64,000 nt of DNA from positions 32,240,001 to 32,304,000 of the forward strand of contig NC_083290.1 of assembly GCF_963506605.1 (NCBI RefSeq), read 5' to 3'. The DNA comes from Zootoca vivipara. Taxonomy: Eukaryota. Of this stretch, positions 22,701 to 35,800 are shown piece after piece. A program made the translations under genes and the position numbers. The notes under the pieces are model-generated. The model did not search any database. It was given only the letters and a program-made list of their open reading frames with translations, and was not told where the DNA came from. How positions within the stretch are numbered: position 1 is the first letter of the stretch; each line of letters begins with the position of its first letter.

Positions 22701-25700
22701 CAGAATTTCCTGACTGATTTAACATTTTGGGGTGGCATTTATGTTTAAAAGAATGTTGCTATATATAACATGCACCACTTAAGTTTTGCTTGAGTGAAGA
22801 ACTGGGAAAATATGAATGAAAATAGGAGCGGGGTAGTGGTAAGGGAAAACCTGAGCTTCCTCTCCCTTTCTTGCTGCCAGGGCCGGACAGGCTACCCCTT
22901 TATAGATGCTATTATGACGCAGCTGCGCACAGAGGGCTGGATCCATCATTTGGCACGTCATGCGGTGGCTTGCTTCCTGACGCGAGGAGATCTCTGGATA
23001 TCCTGGGAGGAAGGGCAAAAGGTGAAGGCAGAAGTTGCAGAGTTCAGAACATTCTCTGTAGCCAGAGGAAAGCTGGATTTATTGGCGGGTCCATAGCTAG
23101 TTAGTGGCTGAACTGTTAAGTTGCCCCTGAGCACACACTCCATTCAAAACTGGGAGATCTCCCCTTACGCCATTCCTAGCAACATGCTTAAGTTGCCCTG
23201 CACGTTTATTCTGCATACAAACTAGATAGAAACCTCTGACTTACTGAATGACAGGAAGACAGGCTAACGTTCAAAAGGGTAAGTGTCCTATCCATTGCAT
23301 GCCGACTACTGGCATGCAAACCCCAGAATGTTGCCTGTGAGGGTTGGCAGCCCTCAGGTTGAAAAAAATTGTCGCCTCTTGCCCTACGGCTTCCTCCCTA
23401 CTGAATTGTGGAATACATGACAAGGGTTCACCGTCCCTTTAAGTAGTCAGGCCACTGTGACCTCTTGATACAGATGCCCCCATTACACCCGGAGCGTAGT
23501 TAAAATGTAACATTACAAAAAGCTTGTCGAGCATGCGGAAGCTACGACTCTTGGACTGGACTTCTTTGCGGTTCCCAAAAGGCGTTCGTTTTCCAAACTT
23601 CTCCTATTTCAGGTCTTTGAAGAACTGCTGCTTGATGCCGATTGGTCCTTGAATGCCGGTAACTGGCAGTGGCTTTCTGCAAGTGCCTTTTTCCACCAGT
23701 TCTTCCGTGTCTACTCACCAATTGCCTTTGGCAAGAAGACAGACAAAAATGGAGAGTATATAAAGTAGGTGTAAATAATATAGCATCACTGCACTTAAAA
23801 CAAGCATTAAGTTATCCGGCAGAGTTTATGTTTACTACTGGGAACAGTAATCATGTCTATAAATGTGATTAAGGGAAAGCTAAATGGGTGGAATGGTGAG
23901 AATCTCTTTTTAGCTTTGCCTGTGCCTAAGAGGCAACTGGTATAAGTGCAGGAGTAATCTGGCTGATTTTTAGGTATCTACAATCTGTAATTTCAGAATT
24001 CTTTGACGTCGCCACGCTTAAAAAATTAATCCAAATTCTGCATTGAGAAAAAGAATTTTGCTGTATGTATAGAGCAAAAAGTGCATTACTTTGTCCAATT
24101 CCAGGTTTTCTAATCATAGAAATTAGCAAGGTGCTATTCTCTGAACTACTGAAAGTATTATTCAACCACTTCTCTGACTTCTGAGAGCCAAGTGCACAAG
24201 GCTCACATATTTTCAAGCATATACTGTACACTACATATATTCTCAGGCAAATTAATTCTACACCCACAACATTGTACACATTTTCCTGGACTCCAGTAGA
24301 CCTGCATGATAATCACATTGCTTTGGATCAGATGTAATCTCCCTTGCAGGTGCTATCATGACCACAGAGGGCTGTTACCCTGTTCCAGTGCAGACTTGGA
24401 CGTAACAATATTGATTTTAACTCTGCAAAGCATCAGGCTGTCATACTATGCCACTAAGTCCTGAGCTTTCCCCCGTACACACCTGACTTCCTCCTTTATC
24501 ATTACAACCTATGCAGGAAGTACCTCCCCTTCCTCAAGAAGTTTCCAAGTGACTACATTTATGAGCCTTGGAAAGCACCACGGAGCGTGCAGGAGCGTGC
24601 AGGCTGCATAATTGGCAAAGACTATCCCAAGCCCATCGTTGCTCACGAAGAAGTGCGGAAAAAGAATCTCGAACGGATGAAGGCAGCGTATGCACGGCGA
24701 TCACAGAGTGCAGCTGCCGAAGCGCAGGATGAAAGAAGTAAAAAAGGTAAGCTTGTCAAAACAAGAGTGCTGTTATGGCTTGGGGTACCTGTACAGGTAA
24801 TGTTTAAAACGACAACTACCAGCTAAAAATCAGGAAGAGGAGTAATAACAATTTCAGCCTCCGCACTGTGCCCCGAGTGTCACAACCCATCTTTCCAATC
24901 TCAGCAGGTGGAGAATTCAGTGGCCACATTGCTCACCAGGGCATGTAACACCAATCTTAGTCCAACTGCATTGGCTGTCAATCCGTTTCCAGGCCCAATT
25001 CAAAGTGCTGGTTTTGACCTATAAAGCCTTCAATGGATTAGGACTGCAATAGCTTAAATACTGCCTCTCCCCATATGAACTGACCTAGACTGACCTGGAA
25101 CTAGCAATCATCATCTGAGGCCCTTGTTTGTGTGCTCCCTCAACGAGAGGTCCAGAGGATAGGAGAGAATAGGAGATTTTTGTGGTGGCTCAGTTTGTGG
25201 AATGCTCTCCCCAGCAAGGCTCACCTGGTACCATCATTATACAGGGTGAGTCCTTTAAAAGAGGCCCCATGGATACAAAGTACACATGTTCCACGGAGCC
25301 TCTTTTAAAAGACTCACCCTGTATATCTAGGTGCCAGCCAAGAACTTCCCTCTATATCCAGGCCTTTCACTATGGACTTTTAGAGTGGGTAAAAAGGTAA
25401 AGGGACCCCTGACCATTAGGTCCAGTCGTGACTGACTCAGGAGTTGCGGCGCTCATCTCATGTTATTGGCTGAGGGAGCCGGCATACAGTTTCCAGGTCA
25501 TGTGGCCAGCATGACAAAGCCGCTTCTGGCGAACCAGAGCAGCACACGGGAACACCGTTTAGCTTCCCGCTGTAGTGGTACCTACAGTATTTATCTACAT
25601 GCACTTTGATGTGCTTTTGAACTGCTTAGGTTGGCAGGAGCTGGGACTGGGCAACGGGATCTCATCCCGTCGCGGGGATTCGAACCGCCAACCTTCTGTT

Positions 25701-28058
25701 TTTTTTTTTAAATATATTTTTATTAATTTTCCAATTAAAACCAATTATATCACATTCGTTATTTCAAATTATACACATATATATCAATCAAACCGAATAT
25801 TATGCCAAATCATCTAAAAAATTTTTTTTTTTTTGGGTTCCCATGCTTCAAGAAATTGGGAATTCCTCGCAACTGTCCACTGCCGTCTTTTTTCTAAAGT
25901 TCAAATCGTCTCTCCAAGTTCATAATAATCCGTATCTTTCCCTTATAATCACATAGATGTTTTCCACTTTCAACCGATTGTTTCCCAGCTGCTGAGATAA
26001 ATATCAAACAAGGTTTCACAAATGTTCTTTCTCCTGTGTGGGTTAATCAGTCCAGCCTCCCCATAAATCTTCTTGGTCTGGAGCTCCCTGTTGCGTCAAC
26101 ACGAAGCAGCGCCATCTTAAAAAAAACTCAAAACACTTTCGTTTTCTCTCATAACCGGGTAGATTAACGATCTTTATAAAATTTACAGCTTTTCCAGGCA
26201 GAAGACCCAAACATCAAACCATAGACTCTTGGTAAATTAATGGATCTCCTTGCCCTATAGCTGAACTTAGCTTCAGGTCGCTGCTCCAATTCAAAGTGCG
26301 TCACAGCTCATAAATCCTCCGAACGCGTCCAGGACTCCTTCCGTCCAACTAGAGGGGGGCTTTTCTCGTCGGCAACTCCACATCTTTAAAAAATATGCTC
26401 AGTAACAACAGTTTATAAAGTTGAACTCACACAGTCTTTTGCTTCTCTTTCACTCCAAACAAACCAGGACATCGCGTCTGGGAAGGTACGAAGTAACTCA
26501 TATGAAGAAAAATAAAAAAGGACTCACTTCCCTTATCGCTCCGTCCCCATCAATCCTTCTTTCAGATGAAATACAGCCTTTGACTCCTCTCCCTCAGCAG
26601 CATAAATTTCTCAGCAGTAAACAGCGCTTCTTCCCCTCCTTCTGAAGTATGTCCATAGATTTAAGCCTAATTATCTTCTTTAACCATGGAAATCCCCGCC
26701 ATGCAGATTAGCGTCCGGGAGTCCTGGCCCTCGTAAGTGCTCAGCCCAAGCTCCCCCCACTCCAAAAACAGTCGGAGTGGGTCTGGGGGCATCGCGGGCC
26801 AGCGGCCCCTCTCCGTAACCCCCGGAGAGGGTAGGGGGTTGCCATTTACTCCCCTAGCAACCGCCAAATTCCTTACGAAGGTCAGAGAGATGGAAAACAG
26901 GTCCGCCATTCCTGCCGGCGGAAACCGGAACCCTCGAACCGCCAACCTTCTGATCGGCAAGCCCTAGGCTCTGTGGTTTAACCCACAGCGCCAAATGTTA
27001 TTTTCCCCCTCCGCACACCTTGGTTTTAATATATCTATGTGGGTTCTTTGTTTTTAAGTTGCTTTGGGTTGTCTTGGGCAAGATAAAACGACCAACAAAT
27101 TTAATTAATAATAATCTCTAATTACTGTAGTTCTCAAACATCTAAGACCGGTGACACCCACCAACAAACTTTTAGGCTAAATTCTAATACGCAAATGATC
27201 TGGATTATTATTATTTAATTGTGAAAAGGAATTAGCCACCTTTCAAGGAGGCAGGTCTCCATGTTAATGCAGGAATCACTGTTTAGGAAACAGGCTGTGA
27301 GCAGTGAGAAATAGTGAGGCAACCTCAGAGGGCATGCAGTTAGTTTGCATTCGGTAGAATGGAATTAACGCTGTCCAACCTGGAGATGTAGTGCAATTAT
27401 CTGCCCTAACAGAGGCCAGCTGGAAGCCAGAGCAGATAATCATGCACAAGCACAGCAGCAACCTATGAATGCTTTGAACTCATTGACCTTTAAGATAATA
27501 CAGTTCCTTAGTGCAGTGTTTCCCAACCAGTGTGCCTCCAGATGTTTTGGGACTACAACTCCCATCATCCATAGCTAGCAAGACCAGTGGTCAGGAATGA
27601 TGGGAGTTGTAGTCCCAAAACATCTGGAGGCACACTGGTTGAGAAACACTGCCTTAGTGCATGGCACACTGAGGTCTTGCAGCTCAGTGTGGTTATTGGA
27701 ATTGATGGCCTTTCCCCCCAGATATAGGTTAGAGGATTCCAGCAGAGTGACAGAAATGGTAGTTTAATTCTGATCTTCAAGCATCCCTATGTCAAATTTT
27801 GGAGCTTCATTTGAGGGAAGTTGGATCCCAGCTGTTTGCATCAAGCTATGAACACAGCGTGATCTAAATGGAAAACGGAGAACAGGGGCCTTATGGCAGA
27901 AGGTGGCTGGGATCAAGTATAAGCCAGGCTGTACATTGAAAAGTGCTACACAGAAATCAACTTGGATTGTTTTTCTTTTAGATGCCAACCAGAAGCGGCC
28001 GGAGGCTCCATTGAAAGCTGAAGTGCGAACAAAGAAAATGAAGATCAAAAGCACCTAA
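16713..28058 (+). CDS. cry5: (6-4) DNA photolyase (cryptochrome/photolyase family), 530 aa, 10 coding exons: 16713-16927, 17235-17429, 17639-17757, 19557-19711, 20628-20768, 21399-21566, 22881-23021, 23613-23764, 24517-24746, 27982-28058
   Basis: N-terminus [27 protein letters not shown]...[17 protein letters not shown] resembles Xenopus (6-4) photolyase rather than CRY1/2/4. Motifs present: [27 protein letters not shown], catalytic [55 protein letters not shown]. Phases close with no internal stop (1593 nt). The last exon, a basic tail, is the least certain. Confidence 0.93.
17906..18880 (-). mobile_element. Sauria SINE interrupted by a Tc1/mariner MITE
   Basis: (ACCTTT)n tail seen as AAAGGTAAAGGT; typical body; the SINE resumes at 18775 (CTTGCACTTTGACGTGC) after the insertion. 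Confidence 0.85.
18107..18772. mobile_element. Tc1/mariner non-autonomous element nested in a Sauria SINE
   Basis: TIRs CCGTATTTTTCGCTCCACAAGACGCAC / GTGCGTCCTATGGAGCGAAAAATACGG, inserted at a TA of the SINE. Confidence 0.85.
21691..22059 (-). mobile_element. Sauria SINE (full length)
   Basis: tRNA-derived head with A box TGGCGCTGTGG and B-box-like GGTTTGAATCC on the minus strand; (ACCTTT)n tail. Confidence 0.9.
24955..25240 (+). mobile_element. Decayed L2 LINE 3' fragment
   Basis: Remnant of L2 ORF2 C-terminal motifs ([18 protein letters not shown]). Confidence 0.55.
25242..25321. mobile_element. 80-bp hairpin Tc1/mariner MITE
   Basis: TA|CAGGGTGAGTCCTTTAAAAGAGGC...GCCTCTTTTAAAAGACTCACCCTG|TA. 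Confidence 0.8.
25389..26993 (-). mobile_element. Sauria SINE split by an L1-type retroelement insertion
   Basis: Body and tail at 25389-25698; tRNA head at 26934-26993. Confidence 0.85.
25699..26933 (-). mobile_element. Non-autonomous L1-group retroelement (1235 bp, poly(A)-tailed, no long ORF)
   Basis: Perfect 19-bp TSD TCGAACCGCCAACCTTCTG (25680-25698, 26934-26952). Minus-strand 5' end GGGTTCCGGTTTCCGCCGGCAGGAATGGCGGAC is CpG-rich and resembles an L1 5' UTR; 3' end has AATAAA plus poly(A). Confidence 0.8.
27514..27651. mobile_element. hAT MITE (138 bp hairpin)
   Basis: TIRs CAGTGTTTCCCAACC / GGTTGAGAAACACTG; perfect 8-bp TSD CCTTAGTG. Decayed relatives near 3418, 5760, 16450, 31288, 35163, 36045, 44902 and 49815. 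Confidence 0.92.
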
Positions 28059-29893
28059 AAGTGGCTCATGTTGAAAACTGTGGCTTAAAACTAAAAAGAC
28101 AACAATACCCACAGTATAATAACTTTTCAAAATGCTAGAAGTGGTGGTGAATGGCTAAGCTAAATACTACCCCTGTGTTATACTCTGCCTTTAGATGGCA
28201 AGCGCAACTAGGGAGAAAATGAGGTCACACAACCCAACAGGGTTTCCATGCTTATCTTCTATGGGGGGGGGACACACACCTTTGGCCAAATTTGGCCTGG
28301 CAGGGTAGCGTCAATATGGCCTGCAGGGCCATTCCCTGAAGCCCACCAAACACCTGATCTTAAAGTGAGTTTCCAATTGTTCATTTGCTGGAGTACAGTA
28401 TGCTTCCGCTGACCATCAGCTGACGGGTGCTGGGAGTGTGGCTTGTTCAAACAGCACAAAGCTACTAAACTGCTACTAAAGGCAAATCTTGTTTCTTCTG
28501 TTTTACCAACAGTTTCAATGCAAACCACTTCATGCTACTGAACTACAGGAAGGTTTTGTTTTGTTTTTTTTAAAAAAAACAAAAACATTTAAATTTTAAT
28601 ATACCATATCCCTCTACATCCTAAGCTACTATTCTCCCAAAACAGGTATATCTTGTGGATTTTCAGATTAAGTGACAGAAAGGAACAGCTACTGAGAAGA
28701 CACACTAGACTGCGATTAAGTGACAATTTTTTAATTATGAAGTCACCTTGGCATTTGGGGGGCTGGAAAGGTAACTTGCAATATTCTAAAATAAAATTGC
28801 TCAAAACGATATCTTGTATTCACAACTCTCTCCCTCGGTTACCTTGTGAATATCAATTTTTCTATCATAGCATGTTTCTGAGGAACTTTTCCTTCCCTCA
28901 TTAAACTCTTGTTGCCATTAAGCTTTTTATGCAATCTTCCCTTCTCAACCAAAATTAGCAAGTGCCGGTTAGGCTGAAGGTACAGTTCTTCAGAGCTGGA
29001 ACTGTTTGAGAGAGACTGCTTCCCATAGTACACCCCCACATGTCTTTTGCCTCACTGTCAGCTCTTGCCGGGAAAATGAATCAAAATTGGTTCTCCGTTT
29101 TAAACTGCCTTCCACTCTTTGAAATAACTTTACAGACCTCCTTTCCTTTTCTACCTCCAACTGTAAAAAAAAAGGAAACTCATTCTTTTAACCCCCAATA
29201 ATGCTGCTTGTTTTTTTTAAAATGGTATATAGAAACAGTAAAAAGTCAGCCTGATTTCTGGGATAAGGGTGAAAAAAGTTCAGTTCCTGGAAAGGAAGGG
29301 CACCTTCACCATGCAAGGGAATAAAAACATCAATTATTGTACAAAGCTTAATTGCTCAGGTCATGACCATTTAGTCATTATTTTATTCATTCATTTACTG
29401 CATTTATATCCCACTTTTCCCTCCAAAGAATTCAAGGTGGTGTGCATGGTTCTCCCCTTCCTCACTTAATCCCCACAACAACCCTGTGAGGTAGGTTAGG
29501 CTGAAAGGCTGTAAAAAAAGGTGCTGTTGCATCTTCTCCATGCCCCCAAACATACTGACAATCTCTTGCTCAGTAGGCTATTAAAAACCCCATCACAAAT
29601 CTTTTAATGGCAGGTAGAACATAACAGCACAAACTCCATATTCTGAGGTGGTTTACCTCTAAATACCAGATGCCAGCAAAAAGCAGAAAGCTATTCCTTC
29701 AACACACTGCTTTTAGGCTTCCTAGAGCCACCTGAACAGCTGCACAACAGCAGCAGACTTGAGGGACCCCATTAAGAAGGACTCATGCTCTTAGCCTGTA
29801 ACTGGCTCAATGGAGACACCCACTTGGCTCTTGCGGCCAACGTGGTATGAAAAGTTGGATCACCCTGATTGAGAGCGTCTTGATCTATAGCTG

Positions 29894-30140
29894 TAGTCAT
29901 ACCTTGGGTTACAGCTGCTTCAGGTTGTGTCTTTTCGGGTTGCGCTCTGTGCCAAACCCGGAAGTACTGGAACAGGTTACTTCCGGGTTTCGGCGCGCTC
30001 ACATGCGAAAAACTGCTAAATTATGCTTTGCGCATACACAGAAGCGCCGAATCGCAACTCAAGCATGCACAGGTTGCGATCACAGCGGGTTGCGAACGTG
30101 CCTCCCGCACGGATCACGTTCACAACCCAAGCGTCTACTG
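29894..30140. mobile_element. Tigger/pogo-like MITE
   Basis: Decayed TIRs (TAGTCATACCTTGGGTT / AACCCAAGCGTCTACTG|TA); internal AACCCGGAAGTA...TACTTCCGGGTT palindrome. Confidence 0.65.
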
Positions 30141-30551
30141 TATTGGACTTCCTGTTTAGGAATTTTTTTAATGTTTGAAGTTCTATTCTGTTTTTAGTCC
30201 TCTGTTGGCAGCCGCCCAGAGTGGCTGGGGAAACCCAGCCAGATGTGCGGGGTATAAATAATAAAATGTATTATTATTATTATTATTATTATTACTTGAA
30301 TTTTCAATTGTTTCATGGGTGAAAATGGAGAAGCGACAATACTACACAAGGAGTTTATCCTGTCTGAGGCCCACTCAAATGATGTGGAGCTGTGCAATGT
30401 AACACTTGTAGGAACAGTATGGGAATCTGAACAGTCTTCACGAACTGCTGCATGGGCATGTAGCCATTAATCTGGGAAAAATAGGGAAGAAAATAGGAAA
30501 GAACAGTAAGGGCTGGGACTCACCATCAAGATACCCAGCTCTCTAAAGCAC

Positions 30552-32846
30552 TTAAATGATATTCCTTTCTATAGCCTTGTTTCCTTTAAAAACCCTGTTG
30601 AAGGAGAATATACTTAGGTCGATGATCTTGAATCTCCCATCAATTATGAGCTCAGCTAGGGCTTGGCCCACAGCTGGTGACTGCTGGAGTCCATGTCCAC
30701 TGAAGCCTGTGGCAAAATAGAGGTTTTCCACCAGTGGGTGCACACCAATCACAGGACTCTGGTCAAAGATGTTGTAGTCATAGTAACCAGCCCAAGAATT
30801 CTTCACCTGTCATGAGATAAAGATAAAGCTCCGTCAGTCGCAAGATACAGTCCCTAAACTGTCAACAGCAGGACTAACAGCGGATCTCGGGGACAGATCT
30901 ACAGAAACAGACAAGGCTGCCCTCTTAAACCCACCAGTAAAATATAATATACTACAGTACTTAGATATTGAATCCTAGCCAGTTATTCCTAGCTGAACAA
31001 GAGGGATAAAAGGCTATGTCTAGAACTCAAGAGGAAAAAGGAAAAATAGAGATGAAAGGTCTAAGACCTTTGTGATTTGGTGATAACCCACAAGAATTGC
31101 AGAGTTCGACATCCTAAGAATGTGACATTTACTTTAAATATGTAATGGATGGATGGCCTACAATTGCCCTGGGTAATCCAGAAGGTTAAAAACCAAATTA
31201 TTTTATTATTGGAGTGGTTTACAAGATGTGCACAAACATGAAACAAACTGCCATTCTCACAGCTAGGAGAGAAGGAACACCTGAGCCCAGGAGTGGGGAA
31301 ACTGCGGCTCTCCAGAAATTACTGGACTCTAGTTCACATCAACTAGCATTATGGCCAATGGCCAGGGATGATGGGAGTTGAAACCTAGCAACATCTGGAG
31401 GGCTAAATGTTTCCCGCCCCAGAGGTTTAGTGTAATATGTGAAGTGAAATAGTGTCAATGGCTGCGAAACACCCTAGAAGACAAGTCTTGCTAGCTAGAT
31501 TGCAAACTCACTGTGGCTAATGCACAGCAATCAACTCACCCTACAGGAACAAGGAGGAATAAGTTGAAACAGTTGTATTGCTTGCAGAGAAGGATTATAC
31601 CAGCAGAGGACCACTAGTCCCTTCTGAGCTCATCACAAAATTCACCGAAGGAAACATACCCAGTCCAAATTCAAAACCTATACAGTCGTACCTTGGATCC
31701 CAAACGCCTTGTGGGTCGAACGTTTGGCTTCCAAACACCGCAAACCCAGAAATGAGTGTTCTAGTTTGCTAATGTTCTTTGGAACCTGAACGTCTGACAC
31801 TACTTCCGATTGGCTGCAGGAGCTATATGCAGCCAATCGGAATCCGCACCTTGGTTTCCGAATGTTTTGGAAGTCGAACAGACTTCTGGAACCAATTCCG
31901 TTCAACTTTCGAGGTACCACTGTACTGTCAAAATCAAAGGCAACGAGGGGCCTGAAGACTAATGATGTAGAGGAAATGTTGATCATAGTTAGCTCAAAAC
32001 AGAATAAACAGAAGGGCCACACAAGATAGGAAGAAGTGAAACCTGCAAGGTACTCCTGATTGCTTAACCGTAAGTGGACAATATGTCTGCACCAGGCCCC
32101 AAAATAAAGTTTAAGGCGTTAACTCCTTAAACACCTCCTTGAGATAGCCAAACATTACCTTCAAGCTTTGAAAGCTTGGCACCCGGTGAGCCAGCTTGGG
32201 CCAGACTTTATTCTGGAAGAACTCATGATCTACTTCCAGGTCCTGGATATCTGGCTCTTCCTCCTAAGAAGAAAGCACAAGCAGCTGAATTCTGGGCACC
32301 AGAAAATTACAATCATGGCAGTTGAAAAACTTGTTTGCATTTTGAACCTCCCTAGAAAAGTGCAGCCACAGGGCAGATAGGAACTCAAAGGCAGTAGCCA
32401 AGTCCCAAACTCCAGCATGCTCAGGTAGGCTTTGGGTAGATTTCAGCTGTCAGTGTGGAGCAGCGAATAGCATTGAGCTTTGACCAGGACAGATATGGAT
32501 TGAAATCCCTGTTGAACCGCAATGCTTATTCAGTTCTTACCCATCGTTCTGCCCGGACACTGAGATCCAGCACCGAGAGCCTTCTGTTGGTTCCCCCACT
32601 GCGAGAAGTGAAGTTACAGGGAACCAGGCAGAGGGCCTTCTCGGTAATGGCGCCTGCCCTGTGGAACGCCCTCCCATCAGATGTCAAAGAAATAAACAAC
32701 TATCGGACTTTTAGAAGACATCTGAAGGCAGCCATGTTTAGGGAAGCTTTTAATATTTGATGAATCATTGTATTTTAATATTCTGCTGGAAGCAGCCCGG
32801 GGTGGCTAGGGAAACCCAGCCAGATATAAATAAACTATTGTTGTTG

Positions 32847-32895
<49 letters not shown>

Positions 32896-35800
32896 GCCAC
32901 TAACTCAAAGCCTAGCCTTCATCGGAATGGTGGTGGAGAGAAGTGACAACATGTGTCAAGTCATCCAGAGCTCTTTAGAGAAAAAGAGTGATAAAGACTT
33001 AATCAAATTTTAGATGCTAATCAAATGATAAACAATATGGTCAGTATTCCAGTGGTCCCATTCCACTACTGCAAGACTTGTGCTAGCACAACAGAGCTTT
33101 CCCATAATAAATCAATTCCCCTTGCAGTGTTCTTACAGGAAGACATCCTTACATGCGAGTTAACATGTGCACCATCAGAAACACCCAGAGCTCTTCCTCT
33201 CTGGGGAGCTGGTGTCCCTGCAGTGGCTTCCTAAGAGTCAGCTCCCAATAAAATAATGGTAAACTCACTTCCGCAGGGCTTAAGCCTCCAAGGTAGTTGC
33301 CACCCATGCCTTCCCTCCGGAAGTAAGCTCCTGTGGTGTCGATTAGCATAGGACACTCCAAGCCAGGTCCATCAGGGCAGTGCCAGACATAGACATACCT
33401 AGCAGAACAAGGACAAAGAGAAAATAACTCCTGCATTTAATTAAGACTGAAATACTAGATCTCCATGCAACCAAAGAGGGATAAAGAGTAGCTACAGAGC
33501 ATGACACATGGGCTTGGACATTGAAATTACAATAGGCTAGGTAAGAGCTGGCTTTCATTTCATTTCTTCTTATTAAATTTCTATACCATCCTCCATCCAA
33601 GGATCACAGGATGTTTTACAATATGAAAACACAAAAATGCAGACCGTAATAACAAAAAAACCCAGTTTAAAAGCCCATAGATTGTTGAATTAGCCTGGGA
33701 GAAGAGGAATACTTTTTGCCTGATGCATTCCACAAATAGAAAGGAATCTCAGCAAAGACCCGTTCTTCATGTTATCCACCTCTGGACCTCTTGTGGAAGA
33801 GGCACACAAAGAAGAGCCTCAGATGATGATTGCTAAAGCTGCCTTAGAAACAAAGCTATCAATCCTTCTGGCCTGGCACTGTTTAGTTCAATTAGGAGCA
33901 AATCTCAGGCAAAGGCCTCTTTTCCAGCTCTGCAAGCAAAGATCCTTTCAACTGGAAAATCCGGGACTGAGCAAGGGAAATCTTGCATACAAGNNNNNNN
34001 NNNNNNNNNNNNNNNNNNNNNNNNNNNNNNNNNNNNNNNNNNNNNNNNNNNNNNNNNNNNNNNNNNNNNNNNNNNNNNNNNNNNNNNNNNNNNNNNNNNN
34101 NNNNNNNNNNNNNNNNNNNNNNNNNNNNNNTGAAATATGAAAGAAGGCAGGTGTTCTAGGAAAAGTTACCAATTCCAGTTATCTATGTTTTACTAGCAAA
34201 GTTTAAATAAGAAGGAGCAGTAAGTATCTAACCATTTGGATCAGGGGCAGGGAAGCTGTGGCCCCACCAGATGTTGATGGACTACAACCGATCTGCAGAG
34301 ATTTAGATCTCCGATTTAGAAAAATAAGTAGTGTAGGTCTATCATGTGTGGCAACAGAGGAACAGGACAAAAACTTTGGCCCTAACTTCAAAGTGAATCA
34401 TGCTGGCAGCCCTCACAAATCTGAGCTTCACAACATATGGTTACCATTTAACAGGATTTAATAGGTATTTAACATATGGACTACAAAGCGGCATAAATAC
34501 TATGTTTAACCATACCTTTTCTTGGGCTCCACAGGAAGCCTGATGCCCAGCATTGAGTCTGGCCTCCCAGTTCCAATGCCAGCCATCTCTGCCACTCTGC
34601 CTGACCAAGCTCCTGCTGCATTCACTACAAAACCACATTCTATTTGGGTGGATTCTATACTGTCGGGCATCTGGACCTAGAGGATAACACAGTAGGGAGG
34701 ACCTGGTAACTGTTTCATTAGGCAAGCAAATACCCTCTCTGATACGGGTTTTCCAGATGACAATGGAGAATACAAAAGCAAGAAGGAAAAAAGCCAGAGA
34801 GATGTCATAGGATCTATGACCAAGCATTTGCTGTATCGTGGAAGCAACCGAGAGCTTTCTGATTTACTTCTTGTTCCATTACAAAAAAAGTTGGGATTTC
34901 CTGTCTAGTTGCTATTGTGCATTCCACCTCCTTTTCATGTCACACACAAGCCTGGCAAAGTACACCCCAGGGGACATGCCAGAAAACTCCACAGAACACT
35001 GCCAGGCATTGTTGGCATCCATGTATACCTTCAGTACATTTGCATGGCAGTCTTAAACTGAGCTAACATTGGAGCCACGTTTTTTTTTTGGGGGGGGGGG
35101 AGAGTGCAGACTATTGAACACATACCTGTATCTTGGATTGGCTTTTCCTTTAGGCTAGTGGAGCAAGGCTGGGGAACCTGTGGACCTTCAGATGTTGCTG
35201 GACTGTAACTCCAATCACCTGCAACCACCAGCAACCAACATCTGGCAAGCCACAGGTTCCTTAGCCCTGTAACAGAGCCAGGGGAAGCAGGTGGCACTGC
35301 AGCATGGGATAGACAAGGAGGCATGAAAGCCTGAAATCACATCAAAGCCCCATTTCTATCCCTTCTACTGCCCAGTACAATACTTGCCCTTGAACAATTG
35401 TTAATATGTAATACTGCCTTCTAGGAAGTCAATTGCCCCAAGCCTGCCTACTTTATCTGTTCTGTCAAAAGTTCAAGGGCAGATCATACTGTACTACAGC
35501 TCCTTTTAGTTTTGTAAGTTCTCGTTAGCTCTGCAAAACTACAGAAGAACCTCATAGGAACAGGAGTTTTGAGAGGCCCTCACATCAAACATAAATGATA
35601 AGTAGAAAAGACTACAACCTAAAAATAGAGACCATGAACGTATTTTTGTAACCCAATAAAACCTTTAATAAAAATTATATATATATTTTATTTTATTTTT
35701 TAAAAATGAGGGCTTTCTGTGAGCTTCTCCTTGGAACCTTCTACTCAGAACATCTTGCCCTACTTTTAACTGAAGTAGTTCAAATAATGACTTACATTAA

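Noticed and set aside
16713-28058. Calling the gene CRY1, CRY2 or CRY4, or a pseudogene
   Set aside because: Diagnostic segments ([33 protein letters not shown], short tail) fit (6-4) photolyase, and the apparent frameshifts vanish with GC donors.
33994-34130. Hidden FOXRED1 exon in the N gap
   Set aside because: Exons 8 and 9 join in phase (PKKR|YVYVWHC) with nothing missing.
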